Shown in pieces: positions 1 through 14,200 of a DNA stretch of 64,000 nt. The position numbers and the translations under genes are program-made. The stretch is taken from NCBI RefSeq assembly GCF_009914755.1, contig NC_060933.1; one strand, 5' to 3'. The first letter of the stretch is position 1. Every line of letters starts with the position of its first letter. A model generated the notes under the pieces. The model had not been told where the DNA came from and did not search any database. It saw only the letters and a list, made by a program, of their open reading frames with translations. This stretch comes from the human T2T-CHM13v2.0 reference genome, Homo sapiens.

Positions 1-3000
1 CATCTCATCATTTCATCTCATCTCATTTCGATTTTATTTCAATTTCATTTCACTATTTCATTTCATCTCATCATTTCATCTCACCATTTCATTTCATCAT
101 CTCATCTCATCATTTCATTTCATCATTCATCTCATCATCTCATCATTCATCTCATCATTTCATATCATCATTTTATCTCATCTATCATTTCATCTCATTT
201 CATCTCATCTCATTCCATCATTACATCTCATTTCATCTCATTTTATGTCATCATTTCATGTCATCATTTCATCACATCTCATCTCATCATTTCATCTCAT
301 CATTTCATCATTTCATCTCATTTCAACTCATTGCATCTCAGCTCATCATTTCCATTTCATTATTCCGTTTCATGATTTCATTCATTATGTCATTTCATCT
401 CATATTTCATCTCATCTCATCATTTCATCTCATTTTATCTCATCTCATTTCATCATTTCATCTCATCATTTCTTATCTCATCATTTCCATTTCATTTTCA
501 TTTCATTATTTCATCATTTCATTATTTTATTTCATCTCATTTCATTATTTCATTTCATTATGTCATTTCATTTCATCTCATTACATTTCATCTAATTTCA
601 TTTCACCTCATTTCATCTCATCATTTCATTTCATCTCATCATTTCATCTTTTCATCTCATTTCATCTCATCATCTCATCAACTCTTTTCATCTTATCTCA
701 TCATTTCATCATTTCATCTCATCATTTCATCTCATCTCGTATCTTATCTCATTTCAATTTCATTTCATTATTTCATGTCATCTCATCTCATCTCATCATT
801 TCATCTCATCACATCTCATCATTTCATCAATTTCATCATCTCATCATTTCATCTCTCATTTCGATTTTATTTCAATTTCATTTCACTATTTCATTTCATC
901 TCATCATTTCATCTCACCATTTCATTTCATCATCTCATCTCATCATTTCATTTCATCATTCATCTCATCATCTCATCATTCATCTCATCATTTCATATCA
1001 TCATTTTATCTCATCTATCATTTCATCTCATTTCATCTCATCTCATTCCATCATTACATCTCATTTCATCTCATTTTATGTCATCATTTCATGTCATCAT
1101 TTCATCACATCTCATCTCATCATTTCATCTCATCATTTCATCATTTCATCTCATTTCAACTCATTGCATCTCAGCTCATCATTTCCATTTCATTATTCCA
1201 TTTCATCATTTCATTCATTATGTCATTTCAACTCATCATATTTCATCTCATCTCATCATTTCATCTCATTTTATCTCATCTCATCATTTCATCATTTCAT
1301 CTCATCATTTCTTCTCATCTCATCATTTCCATTTCATTTTCATTTCATTATTTCATCATTTCATTATTTTATTTCATCTCATTTCATTATTTCATTTCAT
1401 TATGTCATTTCATTTCATCTCATTACATTTCATCTAATTTCATTTCACCTCATTTCATCTCATCATTTCATTTCATCTCATCATTTCATCTTTTCATCTC
1501 ATTTCATCTCATCATCTCAACCCTTTTCATCTTATCTCATCATTTCATCATTTCATCTCATCATTTCATCTCATCTCGTATCTTATCTCATTTCAATTTC
1601 ATTTCATTATTTCATGTCATCTCATCTCATCTCATCATTTCATGTCATCATTTCATCTCATCACATCTCATCATTTCATCATTTTATTTCATCATCTCAT
1701 CATTTCATCTCATTTCGATTTTATTTCAATTTCATTTCACTATTTCATTTCATCTCATCATTTCATCTCACCATTTCATTTCATCATCTCATCTCATCAT
1801 TTCATTTCATCATTCATCTCATCATCTCATCATTCATCTCATCATTTCATATCATTTTATCTCATCTATCATTTCATCTCATTTCATCTCATCTCATTCC
1901 ATCATTACATCTCATTTCATCTCATTTTATGTCATCATTTCATGTCATCATTTCATCACATCTCATCTCATCATTTCATCTCATCATTTCATCATTTCAT
2001 CTCATTTCAACTCATTGCATCTCAGCTCATCATTTCCATTTCATTATTCCGTTTCATCATTTCATTCATTATGTCATTTCATCTCATATTTCATCTCATC
2101 TCATTTCATCTCATTTTATCTCATCTCATCATTTCATCATTTCATCTCATCATTTCTTCTCATCTCATCATTTCCATTTCATTTTCATTTCATTATTTCA
2201 TCATTTCATTATTTTATTTCATCTCATTTCATTATTTCATTTCATTATGTCATTTCATTTCATCTCATTACATTTCATCTAATTTCATTTCACCTCATTT
2301 CATCTCATCATTTCATTTCATCTCATCATTTCATCTTTTCATCTCATTTCATCTCATCATCTCAACCCTTTTCATCTTATCTCATCATTTCATCATTTCA
2401 TCTCATCATTTCATCTCATCTCGTATCTTATCTCATTTCAATTTCATTTCATTATTTCATGTCATCTCATCTCATCTCATCATTTCATCTCATCACATCT
2501 CATCATTTCATCATTTTATTTCATCATCTCATCATTTCATCTCATTTCGATTTTATTTCAATTTCATTTCACTATTTCATTTCATCTCATCATTTCATCT
2601 CACCATTTCATTTCATCATCTCATCTCATCATTTCATTTCATCATTCATCTCATCATCTCATCATTCATCTCATCATTTCATATCATTTTATCTCATCTA
2701 TCATTTCATCTCATTTCATCTCATCTCATTCCATCATTACATCTCATTTCATCTCATTTTATGTCATTTCATGTCATTTCATCACATCTCATCTCATCAT
2801 TTCATCTCATCATTTCATCATTTCATCTCATTTCAACTCATTGCATCTCAGCTCATCATTTCCATTTCATTATTCCGTTTCATCATTTCATTCATTATGT
2901 CATTTCATCTCATATTTCATCTCATCTCATCATTTCATCTCATTTTATCTCATCTCATTTCATCATTTCATCTCATCATTTCTTATCTCATCATTTCCAT

Positions 3001-6000
3001 TTCATTTTCATTTCATTATTTCATCATTTCATTATTTTATTTCATCTCATTTCATTATTTCATTTCATTATGTCATTTCATTTCATCTCATTACATTTCA
3101 TCTAATTTCATTTCACCTCATTTCATCTCATCATTTCATTTCATCTCATCATTTCATCTTTTCATCTCATTTCATCTCATCATCTCAACCCTTTTCATCT
3201 TATCTCATCATTTCATCATTTCATCTCATCATTTCATCTCATCTCGTATCTTATCTCATTTCAATTTCATTTCATTATTTCATGTCATCTCATCTCATCT
3301 CATCATTTCATGTCATCATTTCATCTCATCACATCTCATCATTTCATCATTTTATTTCATCATCTCATCATTTCATCTCATTTCGATTTTATTTCAATTT
3401 CATTTCACTATTTCATTTCATCTCATCATTTCATCTCACCATTTCATTTCATCATCTCATCTCATCATTTCATTTCATCATTCATCTCATCATCTCATCA
3501 TTCATCTCATCATTTCATATCATTTTATCTCATCTATCATTTCATCTCATTTCATCTCATCTCATTCCATCATTACATCTCATTTCATCTCATTTTATGT
3601 CATCATTTCATGTCATCATTTCATCACATCTCATCTCATCATTTCATCTCATCATTTCATCATTTCATCTCATTTCAACTCATTGCATCTCAGCTCATCA
3701 TTTCCATTTCATTATTCCATTTCATCATTTCATTCATTATGTCATTTCATCTCATCTCATTTCATCTCATTTTATCTCATCTCATCATTTCATCATTTCA
3801 TCTCATCATTTCTTCTCATCTCATCATTTCCATTTCATTTTCATTTCATTATTTCATCATTTCATTATTTTATTTCATCTCATTTCATTATTTCATTTCA
3901 TTATGTCATTTCATTTCATCTCATTACATTTCATCTAATTTCATTTCACCTCATTTCATCTCATCATTTCATTTCATCTCATCATTTCATCTTTTCATCT
4001 CATTTCATCTCATCATCTCAACCCTTTTCATCTTATCTCATCATTTCATCATTTCATCTCATCATTTCATCTCATCTCGTATCTTATCTCATTTCAATTT
4101 CATTTCATTATTTCATGTCATCTCATCTCATCTCATCATTTCATCTCATCACATCTCATCATTTCATCATTTTATTTCATCATCTCATCATTTCATCTCA
4201 TTTCGATTTTATTTCAATTTCATTTCACTATTTCATTTCATCTCATCATTTCATCTCACCATTTCATTTCATCATCTCATCTCATCATTTCATTTCATCA
4301 TTCATCTCATCATCTCATCATTCATCTCATCATTTCATATCATTTTATCTCATCTATCATTTCATCTCATTTCATCTCATCTCATTCCATCATTACATCT
4401 CATTTCATCTCATTTTATGTCATCATTTCATGTCATTTCATCACATCTCATCTCATCATTTCATCTCATCATTTCATCATTTCATCTCATTTCAACTCAT
4501 TGCATCTCAGCTCATCATTTCCATTTCATTATTCCGTTTCATCATTTCATTCATTATGTCATTTCATCTCATATTTCATCTCATCTCATCATTTCATCTC
4601 ATTTTATCTCATCTCATTTCATCATTTCATCTCATCATTTCTTATCTCATCATTTCCATTTCATTTTCATTTCATTATTTCATCATTTCATTATTTTATT
4701 TCATCTCATTTCATTATTTCATTTCATTATGTCATTTCATTTCATCTCATTACATTTCATCTAATTTCATTTCACCTCATTTCATCTCATCATTTCATTT
4801 CATCTCATCATTTCATCTTTTCATCTCATTTCATCTCATCATCTCATCAACTCTTTTCATCTTATCTCATCATTTCATCATTTCATCTCATCATTTCATC
4901 TCATCTCGTATCTTATCTCATTTCAATTTCATTTCATTATTTCATGTCATCTCATCTCATCTCATCATTTCATCTCATCACATCTCATCATTTCATCAAT
5001 TTCATCATCTCATCATTTCATCTCTCATTTCGATTTTATTTCAATTTCATTTCACTATTTCATTTCATCTCATCATTTCATCTCACCATTTCATTTCATC
5101 ATCTCATCTCATCATTTCATTTCATCATTCATCTCATCATCTCATCATTCATCTCATCATTTCATATCATCATTTTATCTCATCTATCATTTCATCTCAT
5201 TTCATCTCATCTCATTCCATCATTACATCTCATTTCATCTCATTTTATGTCATCATTTCATATCATCATTTCATCACATCTCATCTCATCATTTCATCTC
5301 ATCATTTCATCATTTCATCTCATTTCAACTCATTGCATCTCAGCTCATCATTTCCATTTCATTATTCCATTTCATCATTTCATTCATTATGTCATTTCAA
5401 CTCATCATATTTCATCTCATCTCATCATTTCATCTCATTTTATCTCATCTCATCATTTCATCATTTCATCTCATCATTTCTTCTCATCTCATCATTTCCA
5501 TTTCATTTTCATTTCATTATTTCATCATTTCATTATTTTATTTCATCTCATTTCATTATTTCATTTCATTATGTCATTTCATTTCATCTCATTACATTTC
5601 ATCTAATTTCATTTCACCTCATTTCATCTCATCATTTCATTTCATCTCATCATTTCATCTTTTCATCTCATTTCATCTCATCATCTCAACCCTTTTCATC
5701 TTATCTCATCATTTCATCATTTCATCTCATCATTTCATCTCATCTCGTATCTTATCTCATTTCAATTTCATTTCATTATTTCATGTCATCTCATCTCATC
5801 TCATCATTTCATGTCATCATTTCATCTCATCACATCTCATTTCATCATTTTATTTCATCATCTCATCATTTCATCTCATTTCGATTTTATTTCAATTTCA
5901 TTTCACTATTTCATTTCATCTCATCATTTCATCTCACCATTTCATTTCATCATCTCATCTCATCATTTCATTTCATCATTCATCTCATCATCTCATCATT

Positions 6001-7870
6001 CATCTCATCATTTCATATCATTTTATCTCATCTATCATTTCATCTCATTTCATCTCATCTCATTCCATCATTACATCTCATTTCATCTCATTTTATGTCA
6101 TCATTTCATGTCATCATTTCATCACATCTCATCTCATCATTTCATCTCATCATTTCATCATTTCATCTCATTTCAACTCATTGCATCTCAGCTCATCATT
6201 TCCATTTCATTATTCCATTTCATCATTTCATTCATTATGTCATTTCATCTCATCTCATTTCATCTCATTTTATCTCATCTCATCATTTCATCATTTCATC
6301 TCATCATTTCTTCTCATCTCATCATTTCCATTTCATTTTCATTTCATTATTTCATCATTTCATTATTTTATTTCATCTCATTTCATTATTTCATTTCATT
6401 ATGTCATTTCATTTCATCTCATTACATTTCATCTAATTTCATTTCACCTCATTTCATCTCATCATTTCATTTCATCTCATCATTTCATCTTTTCATCTCA
6501 TTTCATCTCATCATCTCAACCCTTTTCATCTTATCTCATCATTTCATCATTTCATCTCATCATTTCATCTCATCTCGTATCTTATCTCATTTCAATTTCA
6601 TTTCATTATTTCATGTCATCTCATCTCATCTCATCATTTCATCTCATCACATCTCATCATTTCATCATTTTATTTCATCATCTCATCATTTCATCTCATT
6701 TCGATTTTATTTCAATTTCATTTCACTATTTCATTTCATCTCATCATTTCATCTCACCATTTCATTTCATCATCTCATCTCATCATTTCATTTCATCATT
6801 CATCTCATCATCTCATCATTCATCTCATCATTTCATATCATCATTTTATCTCATCTATCATTTCATCTCATTTCATCTCATCTCATTCCATCATTACATC
6901 TCATTTCATCTCATTTTATGTCATCATTTCATGTCATCATTTCATCACATCTCATCTCATCATTTCATCTCATCATTTCATCATTTCATCTCATTTCAAC
7001 TCATTGCATCTCAGCTCATCATTTCCATTTCATTATTCCATTTCATCATTTCATTCATTATGTCATTTCATCTCATCATATTTCATCTCATCTCATCATT
7101 TCATCTCATTTTATCTCATCTCATCATTTCATCATTTCATCTCATCATTTCTTCTCATCTCATCATTTCCATTTCATTTTCATTTCATTATTTCATTTCA
7201 TTATTTTATTTCATCTCATTTCATTATTTCATTATGTCATTTCATCTCATTACATTTCATCTTTCATCTCATAATTTCATCCATCATTTCATTTCATTTC
7301 ATCATTTCATCTCATGATTTCATCTCATCTCATTATCTCATTTCATCTCATTATTTCATCTCATTTCATCTCATCTCATTTCATCATTTCATTTCACCAT
7401 TACATCTCATCATTTCAACTCATCTCATTTCAATTTCATCATTACATTTCATAATTTCCTTTCATTATTTCATTTCATTTCATCTCATTTCATTATTTCA
7501 TTTCATCTCATTTTTCATCTCATCATTTTTCATCTCATTTCATTTCATCATTTCATCTCATCGTTCATCTCATCTCATCATTTTATCTCATTATTTCATC
7601 TCATATCATCTCATTACAATTTCATTATTTCATATCATTTCATTATTTCATTTCATCTCGTTTCATCTCATTTCATCCATCATCTCATTTCATCTCATTT
7701 TATCTCATCTCCTCTCCTTTCAATTTCTTTTCAATTTTGTCATTTCGTCTCATCATTTCATCTCATCATTTCTACTCACCATTTCATCTCAAAATTTCAT
7801 CTCATCATCTCATCTCATCATTTCGTCATTTCATCTCATCATTTCATCTCAAGTCATCATTTCATCTAAG
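1..7870. repeat. CATTT/CATCT pentamer-derived satellite with ~833-bp units (runs off the left edge)
   Basis: Continuous CATTT/CATCT/CAT tracts with very few G on the + strand. The landmark TTGCATCTCAGCTC recurs at 331, 1164, 2015, 2841, 3683, 4500, 5333, 6181 and 7004. The array is more degenerate after ~7250. Confidence 0.95.
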
Positions 7871-8029
7871 TGAAATGATGTAATGGAATCATGAAATGAA
7901 ATGGATAGGATGCCCTCAGTGATGTTAAATTTAAAAATTGTTTCTTTTCATGTATGCATTTTTATATTTATATTTACTTATAGTTATTTTTACTTTTTAT
8001 TTATATTTTTACTTATTTCTTTATTTATA

Positions 8030-8476
<447 letters not shown>

Positions 8477-8865
8477 TAGGTATTATGAATATTCTGTACA
8501 GGAAACACACCCTTAATTACATAGGAATAAACATTTGTTACACTGAGAAAAATCTAATAGAGCTAAAAATAAAAATTAATTTGGAAAGGTCATTAGATAC
8601 TGATACATTCTTACGTTTATACATTCTTTCATATATTCATATATCCTTTTAACAGTATCAATGGTTTGGAGTTACGTGTACAAAGCCATGACCCATATGT
8701 AATACAACTAATAACAGGCACTTACAATTCAAGGCATATTATATACAAAGCTTTAACTTCTTATCAAAATATTTTACTTTTTTCTTTCTGTTTTGGCAGA
8801 TACTATGAACACAACATTCAACTCACAGACACCATGGAGCCCTTACTAAGCATAAAGTACTGTGA

Positions 8866-10555
8866 AAGGCCAGGGCTAGGACAGAACTGAGACAGGGCCA
8901 GGGATAGGACAGAACTGGGGCAGGGTCATGGCCAGAGAAAAACCAGGGGCAGGGTCACAGCCAGGGACATGAGAGGACCAAGGCCAGGTCCAGAAGCAGG
9001 GAAGAACCAGGGCCAGGGCAGGGACATGGCAGGGCCAGGGCCATGGCAGGATCAGGGTCAGCAGAAGGCCAGGGCAGGGCTAGGGTGGCACAGGGCCAAG
9101 GCAGGGCAGGGTCAGTGTAGAGCAAGGAACGGGCCAGGGTATGGCAGGGCAGGGACAGGGAGGTCCAGGGCCAGAGTCAGGTCCAGGACATGGACAGGGC
9201 AGGGCCAGAAACATGGCAGGACCAGAAAGGGGACAGGGCAAGGGCAAGGCCAGAGAAGGACCATGGGAAAAACATGGCCAGGGAGGGTCCAGGGCAAGGG
9301 CAAGTCCAGGGCAGAACCAGAGCCAGAGCAGGCCAAAGGCAGGGCCAGGGCAGGGCAAGGCCAGGATAGGGCAGGGCCAGTGTAGGGTGAGGGTAGGACC
9401 AGGGTGAGTTCAGGGCCAGGGCAGGACTAAGATAGCACAGGGCTAAGGCAGGGCCAAAAGGAGGGGCCAGGGCCAAGCATGGCCAGTGTCAGACCTGGGG
9501 ATTGTCAGGGTCAGGGTCAAGGCTGGTCCAGGGACAGGGCCAGAGCAAGGGCAGGGCCAGGGAGAAAGCAGAACCAGAGAGGATCCAGAGCAAGGCCAGG
9601 GTCAGGGCAGAACCAGGACCAGGATAAGGCAAAGCCAAGGCCAGGGCAGGGCAAGGCCAGGGCAGGGCAAGACCAGGGAAGGGCAAGGCCAGGGTAGAAA
9701 AGGCCAGGGTAGGGCCAGGCCAGGGTAGGAGAAGGCCAGGGTAGGGCCAGGCCAGGGTAGGAGAAGGCCATGGTAGGGCCAAGGCCAAGGCAGGGCAGGG
9801 CTAGGGTAGCACAAGGCACGGCCAAAAACAGAGCAGGGCCATAGCAGTGGCAGGACTAGCAACAGGGCTAGGGCAAGCGCTGGACCAGAGCATGGTGGGG
9901 ACAATATAGGGCCAGGACAGAGGATGGCAAGGCAGGTCCAGGGCCATTTCATGGACTCAGTAGACCTGGGGTCAGGCCAGGGCAGGGCAAAGGCAAGGCC
10001 AGGAAGAAGGCAGGGCCGGGGCCAAGGCAGTGTCAGGGCAGGGCAGGACCAGTGCAGGGCCAATGCAGGGTGAGGGCAAGGCCAGGGCATGGAAGGGCAG
10101 GGCAGGATCAAGGAAGGGCCAGGAGAGGGCCATGGCAGGGTCATGGCGAGAACAAGGGTATGGCTGGGGTCAGGAATATGGTAGGATGAGGGCTGGGCCC
10201 AGGCTGGGGCACGCAGGGCAGAGCATGGTCTGTGCAAGGCATGGCCAGAGCCAGGCCATAGAGATGGGAGGGCAACACCAAGGCAGAGTCAGGGTAGATC
10301 CAGGGCTGAGCAGAGTCAGGGCAGGTCCAGAGTCGAGGCAGAGCTAGGGCCCAAGCAGGGCCATGGTAGCACCAGGGCAGAGGAGGGCAGGGCAATGCAG
10401 GACTGGGCCATGGAAGTGCCTGGTCAACTCCGGGGCAGGGCCAGAAGCAGGACAGGGCCAGGGCCAATGCTCAGGCCAGGGAAAGGGCATGACAGGACAT
10501 GCCAGAGCAGGGCTGGGCCAACTTTGGGGCAGGGCAAATCAGACCAGGACACCTC
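8866..10555 (+). repeat. CAGGG repeat block 1 (degenerate CAGGG/CCAGGG array)
   Basis: Dense degenerate cagggc/ccaggg units with a G-rich + strand; matches the CAGGG pericentromeric repeat class. Confidence 0.9.
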
Positions 10556-10640
10556 CAAGTCCAGCTCTGGCCCTGCCTTGGCCCTGGCCCCTTCCTGGCC
10601 TGACCTTGTCCCTGGCCCTGCCCTATCCATGCCCTGTGTG
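10556..10640 (-). repeat. CAGGG repeat in inverted orientation (CCCTG)
   Basis: ctggccctgccttggccctggcccc..., the reverse complement of the flanking array. Confidence 0.85.
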
Positions 10641-10689
10641 TTTGACCAGTGTTTTATAACCAGAATCCTACAAGAAACTTAAATTAGTT

Positions 10690-10805
10690 CTTTTTGTGCA
10701 TTTTTAGTAGAGATGGGGTTTCACAACGTTGCCCAGGCTGGTTCCAAACTCCTGAGCTCAAGCCATCTGCCTGCCTTGGCCTCCCAAAGTGCTGGGATTA
10801 CAGGA
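10690..10805 (-). mobile_element. Alu fragment (left arm)
   Basis: tttttagtagagatggggtttcac...cctcccaaagtgctgggattacagg. Confidence 0.85.
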
Positions 10806-10814
10806 GTAATCTGG

Positions 10815-10975
10815 CCAAGTATTTACCTTCTTTATGCCTGTTTCCTACATTTGGAAAATGGGGATGCTTTAAGTACCTAGCATATAGAATTATTACAAGA
10901 ATCAATGCCTCACATATTTACATGTTGATAAAATTATACTCATAGAACACTACTGGAAGCAAAGATAGTATTAGT
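10815..10975 (+). mobile_element. MIR fragment
   Basis: Resembles the MIR core (tgcctgtttcc...aaaatgggga...tacctagcatatag); highly diverged. Confidence 0.5.
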
Positions 10976-11097
10976 TAAAATTTAGTGATTACTGCAAGTA
11001 TTATTACTATTACAAACAACATAGTATAGACATTACTACTACTATAGTTATCTTAAAAATCTAAAATAAAAATTTTAGTAATAGCCTAAAGTAATCT

Positions 11098-11278
11098 CTC
11101 CTGCTCTGCCCTGGCTCAGCCCTAGTGCCGGCTCTGCCCCTAGTCCTACTACATCCCTGGCCCTGACCCTTCCCTGGTCCAGCCGCTGCCCTGGCCCTTC
11201 CCATCTTCAGGCCTTAACATGGCCCTACCCTGGTCCTGACCCTGCCCTGGTCTGGTCCTGACCCTGGCCCTACCCCAG
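11098..11278 (-). repeat. CAGGG repeat in inverted orientation (CCCTG)
   Basis: ctctgccctggctc...ccctggccctgaccc...ctgaccctggccctacccc. Confidence 0.85.
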
Positions 11279-14200
11279 AGAAGGGGTATGGCAGAGCCAG
11301 GGAAGGGCCGGGGCAAATAAGGGACAGGACACATCCAAATCCAGGAACGGGCCAGGGCCATGACAGAGCCAGGGCGAGTCCTTGGCAGGGCCAGGTTCCA
11401 GGCCAGGACCAGGAAAATGTCATGGCAGGGTCACTGTATGGCCAAGGTCCAGGCCAAAGCCAAGGCAGTGGCAGGGTCAGGTCTGCATAAGGGCAGGACC
11501 AGAGCCAGTGATACGGCAGGGCCAGGGCCAGGGCCAGGGCTGTGCCAGGACAGAACAAGAGCAGAGCAGGGCAGGACCACAGCCAGGCCATAGAGAGAGT
11601 AGGGCAAATGCCAAGGCAATGCCAGGGTAGTGCCAGGGCTGAGGCAAGGTCAGGGAAGGTCCAGGGCTGAGTCAAGGCTAGAACCAAGATGGGGCAAAGG
11701 CCGGGGCAGATCTAGGGCACAAGCGGGGCAGATCTAGGGCACAAGCAGGGCAAGCTAGGGCAGGGCAATGGCAAGACCAGGCCATGGCAGGGCCAGCCCA
11801 GGATAGAACAGGGCACAGGCAGGGCAGGGCCAGGGCCACGGCTGGGGCAGGACAAGGACCAGGACCGGGGTCCAGGCCAGGGCAAGGGTATGGCCAGGGC
11901 AGAGGTAGGGCCAGAGCCAGGGTCTGGGCAGGACTAAGGCAGGTCTATTGCAGGGCCAGGGTTCAGACCAGGGCCAGAGCAGGGCTGGGACAGGGCCAGG
12001 GCCAGAACCAGGAAAGGGCAATGTCAGGACAAGGGCCATGGCAGGACCAGCAACGGGGCTAGGACCAGGACAGGGACAGGGACAGGGTCAGGGCTAGGGC
12101 CAGAAGAGCATGCCAGGGTAGAGCCAGGCCAAATTAGGGCCAGGGCTGGGCCAGGGTATGGCCTTAAGTAGTGAAGGGCCAGGGCCAGGGTCCATGCCAG
12201 TGCCAGCGCCGGTCCAGGGCAGACGCAGGGCCATGGCCAGGTCTAGGACAAGGCTGTGGCAGGGCCAAGGTCTGGGTCAGGGTCAGCATAAGACCAGGAC
12301 AGAGCCAGGGGAGGGACAGGGCCATGGTAAGACCAGGTTAAACCATGGACAAGACACCTGCAAATCCACTTCAGGGCCAGGGTCAGGGCAGGGCCAGTTC
12401 AGGGCCAGGGTAAGGGCTGCCAGGGTCATTGGCAGGGCCAGGGCCATGGCAGGACCAGGGTCAGGAGCAGGGGTCAATGCCAGGCCAAGGCCACAGATAG
12501 GACCAGGTCTGTGCTAGGGCCAGTGTGAGGGCCAAGACGGGGTCAGGGCAGGGCCAAAGGGAGGGCAGGGCCAGGGCAGGGTTGAGCAGGCCCAGGGTAG
12601 CACAGGGTTAAGGTAGGGCACGACCAACCAGGGCAGGTCTATGGCTGGGGCCGGGGCAGGGCCAGGGCCGGGGCAGGGCCAGAGCCAGGGCAGGGCCAAG
12701 ACAGTGGCAGCTCCAGGGCAGGGCCAGGGTTAGGACCACGGACATGTCCAAGGCCAGTGCCAGGGCAAGGGCAAGGGCAGGGGCAGGGCCAGGGTCATCT
12801 AAGAATTAGGGACAAAGCCAGGCCCAGAGCTGGGCCAGGACCGGTACCTGCAGGGCTAGGGTCTGGGCCAGGGCCACAACCAGGTCTGTGCTATGGCCAG
12901 GTCCAACACAGTGCCCTGGTAAGGCTAGGGTGAAGGCCAAGGTAGGGCCAGGGCAGGGTCAAAGCCAGGCTAGGGCCAAGGCAGGGCCAGGAAAGCATAG
13001 GGCCAGGGCAGGGCAGGGCCAGGCCAGTGCCAAGACCTGGGCAGGGCCAGGGCCAGGGCCATAGAAACGGCCTGGGCAGGACCAGGTTCGGGGCAGGAGC
13101 AAAACAAGGGCAAGGACAGTGCAGGTTCTTGGCACAGCCAGGGTCCAGGACAGTGTCAGGGCAGGGCCAAGGCAGGGTCTGGGCCATGGTAAGACCAGCA
13201 ACAGGGCTGGGGCTAGGTCAGTGACAGGACCAGAGTCAGGGCAAGGGCCAGAGCAAGGCAAGGCCAGGGTAGGGCCAGGCATTTCAGGGTCAGGGCCATG
13301 GGAGAACCAGGGCAAGGTCTCAAGCAGGGAAGGGCCAGGGCCAGGACAGGTCCAGGGCAGGGTCATGACAGGGCCAGGGGCTGCATTAGGGCAAGGGCAG
13401 GGCCAGAGCAAGGTAAGGGTCAGGGCCAAGGCTAGGGTAGGGACAGGGCAAGAAATATGGCAGGACCAGGGGCAATGCCAAGGCCAAGGCTGAGTCAGGG
13501 CTGAGTCAGGGCAGGGCAGGGCAGGGCATGGTATGGCCAGTGCAGGACAGGACAAGAGCCGGTCCACAGAGAGAGCAGGGCTGATGCCAAGAATGAGCCA
13601 GGCTAGTGCCAAGGCTGAGGCAGTGTCAGAGCATGTCCAGGGCAGGGCCGGGGCCAGGGCCAGAACCGAGCCAGGGCACAGCCAAGGCAGGGTAGGGCGG
13701 GGAAATAGCGTGGCCGGGTCAGTACTGGGACAGGGCAGAGCAGGGCAAGGCGATGGTAGGGGCAGGGCAGAGACAGGCCAATGCAGAGCCATGTTACACT
13801 GGGGCCAGGACACCTCCAAGTCCACTTCAGGGCCAAAGCTATGGCAGGACAAAGACCAGGGCCAGGGTCAGAGCCAGGTCTGTGCTGGGCCTAGCGAAGA
13901 CTAGGGTGAGGGCCAAGGCAAGGCCAGGGCAGGGTCAAAGGCAGAGTAGAGCCAGGGCAGGGTGATGACACATCCAGAGCACAGCAGGGCAGGGTGATGG
14001 CAAGACCAGGGGCAGACCACTGCCAGCTCAGGGCCAGGGAAAGGCCAGTGCAGAGCCAGGAAAGGGTCTGGGTCTGGGTCAGGGCCAGGAACAAGGCAGA
14101 GCAGGGCCAGGGCCATGGCAGAGTCAGGGCAGGTCCTTGACAGGACCAGGTTCCAGGCCAGGGCCAGGGCAGCAGCAGGGGCAGGGCCTGGATAAGGGCA

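Noticed and set aside
1-7870. Classical HSat2/HSat3
   Set aside because: The dominant words are CATTT/CATCT rather than CATTC/CATTCGATTC, so I did not assign it to those families.
245-7873. Very long Ser/His/Ile/Phe ORFs (up to 1781 aa)
   Set aside because: Satellite artefact: the strand is nearly G-free, so TAG/TGA are almost impossible and TAA is rare. All three frames are open.
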